Shown: piece by piece, positions 27,532-36,208 of the stretch
Layout of the letters: every line of letters begins with the position of its first letter
How positions within the stretch are numbered: position 1 is the stretch's first letter
Assembly: GCA_029556545.1 (NCBI GenBank)
Contig: JAKQEQ010000084.1
Coordinates: 305 to 64,304, forward strand
Reading direction: 5' to 3'
Source: Candidatus Hydrogenedentota bacterium
Lineage (GTDB): Bacteria > Hydrogenedentota > Hydrogenedentia > Hydrogenedentales > JAGMZX01
Length of the DNA stretch: 64,000 nucleotides
The notes under the pieces: model-generated
The model's input: only the letters and a program-made list of their open reading frames with translations
What the model was told of the DNA's origin: nothing
The model's database searches: none
Position numbers and translations under genes: made by a program

Positions 27532-30381
27532 ATGCGTTTCTTTGGGACAAGTCTGGCGCTTGTGACGGCGATAATCTGGACTGCGTGCGCGGGGGCGGAC
27601 GCGAGGGGGCAAGTCGCCTCCCAGGAAGGAGGAAGCACGATGACCGAAATCCCGCAACCGGCGGTCGCTCCCGTGCTGCGGACGGCGCAGAACGCCGAAC
27701 TCCGCATCGAAGGCTATTTACGCGGCCGCATCGACCGCGTTATACGGCGCTTCTTTCTCGAAACACCCGAATCGAGCCCCGCGATTCTCCAGGTCCTGCG
27801 CGACCGCGACCGCGATCCCGTCCGCGACCCGCTGGTCCCCTGGGCGGGCGAGTTCGCGGGCAAGTTCTTGACCGCCGCGCAACTCACGTGGCGTCTCACG
27901 CGGGACACGGCGCTGCGCGACATGATCGACGGGTTCGTCCGCGACCTGATCGCCTGTCAGGCGGACGACGGCTACCTCGGGCCGTTCCCGAAGGCGACGC
28001 GGCTGACCGGCGGCAACTGGGACGTCTGGGGGCACTACCACTGCATGCTCGGCTTGATGCTGTACTACGAGGACACGCAATACGCGCCCGCGCTCGAAAC
28101 GTGCAAGCGCGCCGCGGACCTGCTCTGCGCCACCTTCGGCCCCGGCGGACCGACGCTGACCAACGACGGCTCGGGCGGCGAGATGAACATGGCCGTATGC
28201 CACGCGCTGGTCTTGCTGTACCGGAAGACAGGCACTCAGCGCTACCTCGATCTGGCCAAGTACATCGTCCACGAAGCCTGGAACGAGGACGGCGCGGGGC
28301 GCCACCTCGAATGCGCCCTCGCGGGCAAGCCGCTTATCGAGATGCCGCGGCACCGCTGGGAATCCATCCACGATTGGCAGGCCCTCGCCGAACTCTACTG
28401 GCTCACCGGCGACGATCAGTATCGCCGGGCTTTCGAGCACCTCTGGCGCGACGGCCTGCGCGGCGACCGGCACAACACCGGCGGCGTCACCTCGGGCGAG
28501 GGCTTCCAGGGCACCCCGTACCACGAAGGCGCCATCGAGACCTGCTGCACCGTCGCGTGGATCGCCTTTTCCATCGACATGCTGCGCATGACCGGCGACG
28601 CGCGCGTGGCCGACGAAATCGAGTGGAGCACCCTCAACAGCGCGCTCGGCGCGATCCCTTACGGCGGGCGCGCCTGCGCATACAACGTCCCCATGGACGG
28701 CACGCGGGCCTTCGGCATCGAGCTGCCGTGGCAGTCGCCCAAGGCCGGGCCCGACCTCAATTGTTGCAGCGTCAACGCGAACCGTCCCCTCGGCATGATC
28801 GCGCAATGGGCGATCATGCAGGACGACGAAGGGCTCGTGCTCAACTTCTACGGCCCCGGAACCTATGCGGCGGCCTTGCCTTCGGGCAACCGTATCGCGC
28901 TGCGCCAGGCGACCGAGTATCCGAGGGACGGGAACGTCCGCATCGAGGTGACGGCGGCGCAGGCGGAATCCTTCGCGATCAAGCTGCGCATCCCGCAGTG
29001 GTCGCGCCGCACCACGGTGTCCGTCAACGGCGAGGCGCTCCCGACGCCGTGTCCCGGCGCGTACCTGCGCATCGCGCGCGAGTGGCGGACCGGCGACACG
29101 GTGGAACTCGGGTTCGATTTCGCGCCGCGTTTCTGGGCGGGCGCGGAGGCGTATGCAAACAGGGCGTCCGTGTATCGCGGCCCGCTGCTGCTTGCGTATG
29201 ACGCGCGTTACAACGCGCTCGACCCGGGAGAACTGCCGGAAATCCGTTGGCAATCCTTGTCGATCACGCAGCAACGTTGGGACGGCCCCCTCGACCCCTG
29301 GTTTCTCGCGACGCTTCGCGACGACGCCGGTGCGGAATTCGCCGTGTGCGACTTCTCGAGCGCGGGCCAGACCGGAAACCATTATCGGTCCTGGCTTCTG
29401 GCGTCGGACACGCCGGCCCTCGCCGCGCAAGGCCACGCCGGCGATCCGCGCGTCGAATTGCTCTCGCTGCGGAAAATCTGGGACGCCGCCCCGCACAACG
29501 CCTTCACGGACCTCATCCGCTTTCAGGATGCCTGGTTCTGCACCTTCCGCGAAGGCGACGGCCACGTCAAGGGCGACGGGACAATCCGCGTGATTCGGTC
29601 CGATGACGGGGAGACCTGGGAATCCACCGCGCTGCTCGAAGAAGCCGGCATCGACCTTCGCGACCCGAAGTTCAGCACCACGCCCGACGGGCGGCTCATG
29701 ATCGTCGCGGGCGGCTCGGTCTACCGCGACGGGCAGTTCATGGGGCGGCAGCCGCGCGCGGCCTTCTCGACGGACGGGCGCGAGTGGACCGCGCCGCAGC
29801 GCATACTCGAAGAGGGCGACTGGCTCTGGCGCGTGACGTGGCACACGGGCCGCGCCTACGGGATCACCTACAAGCTTTTCGACAAAAACCAGCCCGAGCG
29901 CATCCTCGAACTCATGGCGGGCGACGACGGCGTCCATTTCGAGCGCATCACGTTCTTGAACGTCCCCGACAAGCCGAACGAGACCACCTTGCGCTTCCTC
30001 GATGACGACCGCATGGTCGCGCTGGTCCGCCGCGAGGACGGCGACAAGGTCGGCTGGATCGGCGTCAGCCCGCCCCCGTACACCCAATGGGAATGGCGCC
30101 CGACGGCATACCGGCTCGGCGGACCGAACTTCATCCAGACGCCCGACGGCCGTTTCTGGGCGGGTACCCGCTACTACGGCAAAGACACCGGCGCCGTGCT
30201 CTGCCGCATGACCTTCGAGACCCTCGAACCCGCGCTGCTCCTGCCCAGCGGCGGCGATTGCAGCTACCCCGGCCTCGTCTGGCACGACGGCCTCCTGTGG
30301 ATGAGCTACTACTCCTCCCACGAGGAAAAATCGAGCATCTACCTGGCAAAGATTCGCCTGCCGGAGATTGCACAGCGATGA
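27532..30381 (+). CDS. Secreted GH127-like (DUF1680, beta-L-arabinofuranosidase family) domain fused to a C-terminal sialidase/BNR-like beta-propeller
   Basis: Signal peptide MRFFGTSLALVTAIIWTACAGADA. The Cys motifs ETCCTVAW and DLNCCSVN match the GH127 Zn/Cys site. The C-terminal ~330 aa read ...IRVIRSDDGETWES...DPKF... GAGGGAGAGG lies upstream of the ATG at 27532. Confidence 0.9.
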   Translation: MRFFGTSLALVTAIIWTACAGADARGQVASQEGGSTMTEIPQPAVAPVLRTAQNAELRIEGYLRGRIDRVIRRFFLETPESSPAILQVLRDRDRDPVRDPLVPWAGEFAGKFLTAAQLTWRLTRDTALRDMIDGFVRDLIACQADDGYLGPFPKATRLTGGNWDVWGHYHCMLGLMLYYEDTQYAPALETCKRAADLLCATFGPGGPTLTNDGSGGEMNMAVCHALVLLYRKTGTQRYLDLAKYIVHEAWNEDGAGRHLECALAGKPLIEMPRHRWESIHDWQALAELYWLTGDDQYRRAFEHLWRDGLRGDRHNTGGVTSGEGFQGTPYHEGAIETCCTVAWIAFSIDMLRMTGDARVADEIEWSTLNSALGAIPYGGRACAYNVPMDGTRAFGIELPWQSPKAGPDLNCCSVNANRPLGMIAQWAIMQDDEGLVLNFYGPGTYAAALPSGNRIALRQATEYPRDGNVRIEVTAAQAESFAIKLRIPQWSRRTTVSVNGEALPTPCPGAYLRIAREWRTGDTVELGFDFAPRFWAGAEAYANRASVYRGPLLLAYDARYNALDPGELPEIRWQSLSITQQRWDGPLDPWFLATLRDDAGAEFAVCDFSSAGQTGNHYRSWLLASDTPALAAQGHAGDPRVELLSLRKIWDAAPHNAFTDLIRFQDAWFCTFREGDGHVKGDGTIRVIRSDDGETWESTALLEEAGIDLRDPKFSTTPDGRLMIVAGGSVYRDGQFMGRQPRAAFSTDGREWTAPQRILEEGDWLWRVTWHTGRAYGITYKLFDKNQPERILELMAGDDGVHFERITFLNVPDKPNETTLRFLDDDRMVALVRREDGDKVGWIGVSPPPYTQWEWRPTAYRLGGPNFIQTPDGRFWAGTRYYGKDTGAVLCRMTFETLEPALLLPSGGDCSYPGLVWHDGLLWMSYYSSHEEKSSIYLAKIRLPEIAQR

Positions 30382-31463
30382 TTACGATTAGTGCCACTGG
30401 AAGACGAATACTGGGAAGAAGTATACGTTGTAGCGCCACGTTCACCATGATCAGTTGCCTCTTGGGAGTCGTTCAATGGGCTGCCGCACAGAACAAAACG
30501 ACCAGCGAGCTATTTCCGGTCGTCCAAGGAGGAAAGTGGGGATTTATCGATGCGGTCGGGCAACTGCAAATCCCCTTCAAGTTCGATCGTGCTCGGCCAT
30601 TCTCGGAAGGAGTGGCGGCTGTGGGTGTCCGCGCGAAATCCTCCTTCCTCAGCCGTCTATTTTGGGACGAAGCCGGATACCTGTGGGGTTACATTGGGGT
30701 CAATGGTGAGTACGTTGTTTCCCCTCGATTCGCGCAAGCTGGACCATTTTCAGAGGGTCTTGCTCCGGTGGAGCACACACTTAACACCGTTGTCCTGCAA
30801 GTGACGGATAAGTGGGGTTTCATCGACGTGTCCGGAAATTGGGTTATTCCACCACGCTTTGATTGGGCGGGTCCATTCTCCGAAGGGTTGGCGCAAGCGC
30901 AGGTTGAGGGAAAATGGGGGTTTGTTGCGCGCAGTGGTGACTTCGTAATTCCGCCGCAATATGCACAGGCCGGACCATTTTCCGACGGACTTGCGGCCGT
31001 ATCTTTCTCCACAAGCGGCGCGAACGCTCTTTTTGGGTACATTGACAAGACCGGGAAAACGAGCATAGAACCAGTCTACACCGCGGCAAAGGAATTTGTG
31101 GAAGGCTTGGCGGCGGTGGAAGTTCGAACTTCAGGAAAACCGCGAGTCTGTGGCTTCATCAATAGGCAGGGCGAATGGGTGCTCCCTGCCATATACGAGG
31201 TGGCTAGAACGTTCCACGACGGTATAGCACCCGTGATGCCAGTTGAAGGCCAGATACAAGGGTTTTGTTACATCGATAAGAGCGGTGCAAAGGTTCTTGA
31301 AGGTCCATACTACGAGGCTTTTCCATTTCAGGGGTCCTTGGGGCGTGTGGTGTATCTGCGCGGATTTGATGAAGAGTGGGCCTATATCACGCGGAGCGGC
31401 GTGAACGTATGGGCGACTAGTGAATCGCTGTTTTCCCCTTATCTCGGCGATGGCTATCCCTAG
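30378..31463 (+). CDS. WG-repeat (KWG) protein with signal peptide
   Basis: Repeated G(K)WGFID..G..VI(P)P.F..A.PFSEGLA units. The ATG overlaps the upstream stop (ATGA). G+C is visibly lower than in the neighbours. Confidence 0.85.
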   Translation: MITISATGRRILGRSIRCSATFTMISCLLGVVQWAAAQNKTTSELFPVVQGGKWGFIDAVGQLQIPFKFDRARPFSEGVAAVGVRAKSSFLSRLFWDEAGYLWGYIGVNGEYVVSPRFAQAGPFSEGLAPVEHTLNTVVLQVTDKWGFIDVSGNWVIPPRFDWAGPFSEGLAQAQVEGKWGFVARSGDFVIPPQYAQAGPFSDGLAAVSFSTSGANALFGYIDKTGKTSIEPVYTAAKEFVEGLAAVEVRTSGKPRVCGFINRQGEWVLPAIYEVARTFHDGIAPVMPVEGQIQGFCYIDKSGAKVLEGPYYEAFPFQGSLGRVVYLRGFDEEWAYITRSGVNVWATSESLFSPYLGDGYP

Positions 31464-31508
31464 GGCCAAGTTCGGCCATGCACAGAATCTGGGGATAAGT
31501 TGGCGCCA

Positions 31509-31548
31509 CTTGTTGTGGCCGGTTTCCCGACCGCGCCACCGGCCCGAC
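31509..31548. repeat. REP-like palindromic element, family B (copy 1 of 2)
   Basis: cttgttgtggccggtttcccgaccgcgccaccggcccgac matches 44358-44397 at 38/40 positions. It contains GGCCGGT-N14-ACCGGCC. Confidence 0.8.
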
Positions 31549-31589
31549 AGCAGTCGCCAACCGCAATCACTTGCTGTGGCCGCTCGTCG

Positions 31590-31805
31590 CTACTTGCCCC
31601 CTCGTCCGCCGCGATGTTTGGCCGGGCGCTTCGTTGTCCGGGCAAGTTCAAGGATTGCGCGCAACATGTCATTGACCGCCGCCGAGTTCGGGAACGCCGC
31701 CGCCACGTCCGGGTCGAGCACGGCCCACGTTGGCGCCTTCATCGAGTAGTCGGCGGAAATACTTGCCGCGCGTGGCCTTTGAACAGTCGACCAGAGAGCA
31801 GCCAC
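31590..31805 (-). CDS. Possible small CDS, antitoxin-like remnant (very tentative)
   Basis: 71-aa ORF with G/C-rich third positions. The segment AVLDPDVAAAFPNSAAVNDMLRAILE recalls the LDxDV...VNxxLR C-terminus of BrnA-type antitoxins, from memory. No convincing RBS precedes either GTG 31805 or ATG 31742. Confidence 0.25.
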   Translation of the reverse strand: MAALWSTVQRPRAASISADYSMKAPTWAVLDPDVAAAFPNSAAVNDMLRAILELARTTKRPAKHRGGRGGK

Positions 31806-31818
31806 AACAAGGGTAATC

Positions 31819-31828
31819 GTGATATACT
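31819..31828 (+). promoter_or_regulatory. Candidate extended -10 promoter element (TGaTATACT) for the TA operon
   Basis: The motif gTGaTATACT ends at 31828, 32 nt before the antitoxin ATG. The -35 box is weak. Confidence 0.4.
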
Positions 31829-31859
31829 AGTTTTCACAGGCTGATTGGAGGTTGAAGTC

Positions 31860-32093
31860 ATGACGCGTGCGCTTGCGGAGATTGAGCAGGATATTCGCGC
31901 TCTAGGAAGGGACGAGAAAGCCGCACTGCTTCGCGCGCTTATCACGGAGTTGGACGCGCCGGCGGACCCCAATGTCGAGCAAGCTTGGCTTGAAGCAGCG
32001 GAGCGGCGCTACAGAGAATTGACTGACGGCACGGTAGAGGGGGTTCCGGGGCCCTTGGTGTTCGAGCACTTGCGCTCGCGCCTCGAACAATGA
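31860..32093 (+). CDS. Addiction-module antitoxin (Unstab_antitox / TIGR02574-like)
   Basis: ...DEKAALLRALITELDAPADPNVEQAWLEAAERRYRELTDGTVEGVP... fits the family pattern. GGAGG lies 8 nt upstream of the ATG at 31860; the ORF track starts at a TTG at 31845. Confidence 0.85.
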   Translation: MTRALAEIEQDIRALGRDEKAALLRALITELDAPADPNVEQAWLEAAERRYRELTDGTVEGVPGPLVFEHLRSRLEQ

Positions 32094-32386
32094 ACTACAC
32101 ATTTCACCCGGAGGCGGAGGAGGAGTTTCTGGAATCCGCCGCACGCTATGAAGCGGCCGTTCCAGGATTAGGTGTGCGATTCGGCGCTGAGGTTGAACGT
32201 GCGTTACAGCTGTTGCTCAAGCGTCCGAGGCTTGCGCCGCGGGTGGAGGGTGAACTGCGACAACTCGTGCTCAGGCAGTTTCCCTTTTCGATTGTCTACG
32301 CTGCTGCTCCGCGAACGTTATACATTCTGGCCATCGCGCATACCAGCCGCGAACCCCGTTACTGGCTGACCCGCGTGGTTCCGTAA
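32090..32386 (+). CDS. RelE/ParE-family type II toxin
   Basis: 98 aa. MNYTFHPEAEEEFLESAARYE...FPFSIVYAAAPRTLYILAIAHTSREPRYW matches the ParE/RelE pattern. ATGA overlap with the antitoxin. Confidence 0.88.
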   Translation: MNYTFHPEAEEEFLESAARYEAAVPGLGVRFGAEVERALQLLLKRPRLAPRVEGELRQLVLRQFPFSIVYAAAPRTLYILAIAHTSREPRYWLTRVVP

Positions 32387-32485
32387 GAGCCAGTTGATCC
32401 AAGAGATCGACTGGTGTACGGTCTACTGAGTCTGGATGATTGCAGCAAGACTGTCCGCCTTTCGCAAACATGGGGAGTAGATGCA

Positions 32486-35059
32486 ATGCGAATGTCAGTT
32501 CTTGGAATGATCTTTGTCGTCCTCTTCACAAGCGCCGCGGCGGCGTCGGAAATCCCCGTGTACCGCGACGAGCCCTCGGGGGCCCACTTCCGCGATTGGC
32601 TGGTGCTCGGCCCGATACCGACGGCGGGGCCGCGGCCACAGGCGGGCGAGGTGTTTCATCTCGATGGCTTCCACACGGATTACCTCCAGACCCTCGGCGG
32701 CGAGGCGGAAGCCGCGCCGAAGCCAGGGGACGCGGTCGCGTTCGAGGGCGGCGAAGCGGTATGGAAACTTTGGCAATCGGACGCGGACTGCGTCTATCTG
32801 GATGATGCCATCGGCAACCGCGAGAACGTGCTGGGCTATGCCTACGCCGAGGTCGAGTCGGCGAAGAGCCAGGCCGTCCTCTGCGCGCTCGGCACGAACG
32901 ATGGCGGGCGGATGTGGGTGAACGGCAGGCAGGTGTGGGACTATCCCGGGCCGCGCGGCTTGCGCCCCGACGAGGAGCTTGTTCCGGTACTATTGGAGAA
33001 GGGCCGCAACCGCATTCTCCTCAAGATCGAAGAGCGCGGCAATATCTGGGGGCTCTGCTGCCGCTTCCTGCCGATAACGGGCGATTTGCTCGACGGGAGA
33101 CTCCGCATGTTCAGCGTTACCTCGGGCGAGGGCGGGGCGCCGATACTTCGGTTCCTGCACGGAGAATCGCTGGCGAAAGCGCTGGTCGACAGCGCGCGGC
33201 TGCGCGTGACCGGCGTAGACGATCCCGATCGCGTCCTGTGGGAAGGCCCGTGGTCCGGGCGCTACAAGATGCCGCTGCCCATCGACGCCGCCGCGTATGC
33301 CGAATATACGTTGCACGTAGACGCCACCCTCGTCGGCGGCGTGCGCCACGCCCTCACCTTGCCGTTCTCCGCCGGGGTCCCCGTCGACTACACGCTCTTC
33401 GAGAACGGCGCGAGCGCCTACGCCATCGTGGTCGGCGCGGAAGCGTCGGACTCCGAGCGCTGGGCCGCACAGGAACTGCAACATTGGCTGCGCGAGGTCA
33501 GCGGCGCGGAATTGCCCATGCGCGACGAAACCGCCGACGGACCCGCCGTCGTCATCGGATTCAACCGCCGCGCCGCGAAACTGCTCGGCAAGAAATTCGC
33601 CGCGCCCGCCGACGCCGACGAATCGTTCACCTACCGCAACGTCGGCGAAGACATTGTCATTGTCGGCGGCAAAGACCGCGGCACGACGTACGGCGTCATG
33701 ACGTTCCTCGAACGGGAACTCGGCGTGCGCTGGTACACCTCGCGCGTCACCGTCGTTCCCAAGAAGGACCGCTATCAATTCCGCGCGCTGCAGCGCGGCG
33801 AAAGGCCGGGCATCCGCGTGCGCAACGACTTCTACTTCGAGGCCTTCGAGCCCATCTGGGCCGCCCGAAACAAGGTCAACGGCGCCATGAGTTGGCGCGA
33901 TCAGCCCGGCGGCGTCGAGGGCTACTGGTCGGTCCACACCTTCTTCCCGCTCATGCCGCCGTCCGAGTTCTTCGACACGCATCCCGAGTATTACAGCCTC
34001 ATCGACGGCGAGCGCATGGCCGACCGCGCCCAACTATGCCTGACCCATCCCGACGTGTTGCGCATCCTCACCGATCGTCTGCTCAAGGTGATGCGCGAAC
34101 AGCCGCAGTACCTCATCTACTCCGTCTCGCAAAACGACTGGGCGAATCCGTGCCAATGCGACAACTGCCAGGCCATCGCGCAACGCGAGGAGAGCGAAGC
34201 GGGGCCGGTCGTGTGGTTCGTCAATCAGGTGGCCGAGGCCGTCGAGAAGGAGTTCCCGGACAAGTTTGTGGGTACCCTTGCGTATCAATACACACGCAAA
34301 CCGCCGAAAACCGCCAAACCCAGACACAACGTCGTCATCCGACTCTGCAGCATCGAGTGCTGCTTCGCCCACGACTTCACCTCGTGCCCCGAGAACGCAT
34401 CCTTCATCGACGACCTGCGCGGCTGGGCCGCCATCGCGCCGCACCTGTACATCTGGGACTATGTCGTCAATTTCAGCCACTACGTCATGCCCTACCCGAA
34501 CTTCCGCGTCTTGCAGTCGAACATCAAGAGCTTCCGGGACAACAAGGCCATCGGCATCATGGAGCAGGCGGCCTACCAGAGCCGGGGCGGCGAATTCGCC
34601 GAACTGCGCGCCTACGTCCTCGCGAAACTGTTGTGGGACCCCGAATGCGACGTCGGGGCCGTCATCGACGATTTCATGTACGGCTACTATGGCCGCGCCG
34701 GGCAATACGTCCGCGAATACTTCGACATGCTCCACAACCGGCTGACGCCGAACACGCACATCCATCTCGGGCTGCGCCCGGACGACCAGTTGTTCAGCGA
34801 GGAGTTCGTGCGTGAAGCCGAAAACATCTTCGCCCGCGCCGAAGCCGTGGCCGACAACGAGGAAATCCGGCAACGCGTCGAGATGGCGCGCCTGCCCGTC
34901 ATGTACCTCAAGTGCAAGCGGACCCCCGTCCAGGCCCGCGTCGACGGGACCTACGCGCGCTTCTGCGAGATCGTCGACCGCGAGGGCATCACCCACTACG
35001 CCGAAGCCGGCCAGGCGCACAAGGACGCCTTCCACCACGAGGTGGAAGAGACCCGATAA
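32486..35059 (+). CDS. Secreted DUF4838 (GH20-like fold) glycan-active protein
   Basis: Signal peptide MRMSVLGMIFVVLFTSAAAASE. The segment FENGASAYAIVVGAEASDSERWAAQELQHWLREVSG is characteristic of DUF4838 proteins. GGGGAG lies 8 nt upstream of the ATG at 32486. Confidence 0.9.
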   Translation: MRMSVLGMIFVVLFTSAAAASEIPVYRDEPSGAHFRDWLVLGPIPTAGPRPQAGEVFHLDGFHTDYLQTLGGEAEAAPKPGDAVAFEGGEAVWKLWQSDADCVYLDDAIGNRENVLGYAYAEVESAKSQAVLCALGTNDGGRMWVNGRQVWDYPGPRGLRPDEELVPVLLEKGRNRILLKIEERGNIWGLCCRFLPITGDLLDGRLRMFSVTSGEGGAPILRFLHGESLAKALVDSARLRVTGVDDPDRVLWEGPWSGRYKMPLPIDAAAYAEYTLHVDATLVGGVRHALTLPFSAGVPVDYTLFENGASAYAIVVGAEASDSERWAAQELQHWLREVSGAELPMRDETADGPAVVIGFNRRAAKLLGKKFAAPADADESFTYRNVGEDIVIVGGKDRGTTYGVMTFLERELGVRWYTSRVTVVPKKDRYQFRALQRGERPGIRVRNDFYFEAFEPIWAARNKVNGAMSWRDQPGGVEGYWSVHTFFPLMPPSEFFDTHPEYYSLIDGERMADRAQLCLTHPDVLRILTDRLLKVMREQPQYLIYSVSQNDWANPCQCDNCQAIAQREESEAGPVVWFVNQVAEAVEKEFPDKFVGTLAYQYTRKPPKTAKPRHNVVIRLCSIECCFAHDFTSCPENASFIDDLRGWAAIAPHLYIWDYVVNFSHYVMPYPNFRVLQSNIKSFRDNKAIGIMEQAAYQSRGGEFAELRAYVLAKLLWDPECDVGAVIDDFMYGYYGRAGQYVREYFDMLHNRLTPNTHIHLGLRPDDQLFSEEFVREAENIFARAEAVADNEEIRQRVEMARLPVMYLKCKRTPVQARVDGTYARFCEIVDREGITHYAEAGQAHKDAFHHEVEETR

Positions 35060-35070
35060 GAGAGCGGCGC

Positions 35071-35328
35071 ATGAACACCATCGAAATCGGTGATGCCTCG
35101 AAGAGTCTCGGAGAGTATGCCGGGCGCGAAGACGCGCTTCCGCTTGTGGTGACGGAACATGGCCGCCCGATTGCCGCGCTGGTTCCGCTGCACGACGCCG
35201 ACATGGAAACCATCGCGCTGAGCACAGACCCGACGTTTATCCGGTTGATCGAGCACTCGCGGGAAAGGCGAAACAAGGAAGGCGGCATTTCGGCGGCGGA
35301 AATGCGCCGCAGACCCGGAACGTCTTAG
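35071..35328 (+). CDS. Phd/YefM-like antitoxin with no adjacent toxin
   Basis: 85 aa. ...KSLGEYAGREDALPLVVTEHGRPIAALVPL... is the Phd/YefM N-terminal pattern. No ORF follows it. Confidence 0.8.
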   Translation: MNTIEIGDASKSLGEYAGREDALPLVVTEHGRPIAALVPLHDADMETIALSTDPTFIRLIEHSRERRNKEGGISAAEMRRRPGTS

Positions 35329-35333
35329 GGACG

Positions 35334-35395
35334 GACTACGAAACTCTTGCCTCGACGGCGCGAGACGAAGTACTGTAGCGAAAAGTTTCGTAGTC
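35334..35395. repeat. Perfect 12-bp inverted repeat with a 38-nt spacer (hairpin; possible terminator)
   Basis: GACTACGAAACT (35334-35345) pairs with AGTTTCGTAGTC (35384-35395). It starts 6 nt after the antitoxin stop codon. Confidence 0.8.
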
Positions 35396-35514
35396 TCTTC
35401 CCAAAAACTCAAAGACTTTCAACTTTCAACAGCCCTCTGTGACGCCGCCCCTTGCCGGGTGCTTCGTCATATCTCCTTACACCACAATTACTTATAAGCA
35501 GCACACGTAAGGTC

Positions 35515-35543
35515 TTGACATTTGCGGGAGAATATGCTTTGAT
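35515..35543 (+). promoter_or_regulatory. Candidate promoter TTGACA-N17-TTTGAT with TGn extended -10
   Basis: TTGACA at 35515-35520, TG at 35535-35536, TTTGAT at 35538-35543. It lies about 160 nt upstream of the CDS at 35703. Confidence 0.45.
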
Positions 35544-35702
35544 AGAGATGGTGGCGGCGGGATGCTGACGACAGTTTAGGGATTGGAACATGCGGGGATC
35601 GAATCATACCGAAGAAGGCGGGGAACCTGATGCCGCTACAGGGGAGAGCGCTGTCTCGCTGGAGATTCCTTCTCCGTGCAACAACCATAAGGAGACCTAT
35701 CA

Positions 35703-36131
35703 ATGAGAAGGCAGACTGTTTACAAAGGGGTGAAGGCCACGCTATTGGCCGTGATCGCGGTGATGGTGGGAGTCGGACTCGGGTACGCGGCGGTTGATAC
35801 ATACTTCGAGGCCACGGGCAGTACGACTTCCAGCGATACGCGGTCGCAACTGTTCCAGTATGAGCTCAATATGACCACGGACGCTGATGTCATTCGCATG
35901 AAGGGCGGCGACGATTTCGTCGGCCTGGGCTACGGCGAGGACTTGTTATCGTTCGGGTTCGACAGCGACACATTGGGCTTCTATGGGCGCGCTGTGGCTT
36001 CGGACATCGAGACAATCTCTTTCAAGGACCCAAGCACAAACGAGGACTCGCACATCAGGTACACAGCGGCTGATGACGGTATCGAGATCAAGTCGTATTC
36101 GGGTGACGTGGTCATTCAACTCGGGAATTGA
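35703..36131 (+). CDS. Small membrane-anchored hypothetical protein (142 aa)
   Basis: AAGGAG lies 8 nt upstream. The N-terminal TM is ATLLAVIAVMVGVGLGYAAV. No family recognised. G+C is lower than in the flanks. Confidence 0.75.
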   Translation: MRRQTVYKGVKATLLAVIAVMVGVGLGYAAVDTYFEATGSTTSSDTRSQLFQYELNMTTDADVIRMKGGDDFVGLGYGEDLLSFGFDSDTLGFYGRAVASDIETISFKDPSTNEDSHIRYTAADDGIEIKSYSGDVVIQLGN

Positions 36132-36208
36132 ACAAAAGGGCAGAGGACCGTAAATTGTTTAGGCACTGTTAAGGCACGAAAAATGAAAACACGACGGGGG
36201 AATGCAAC

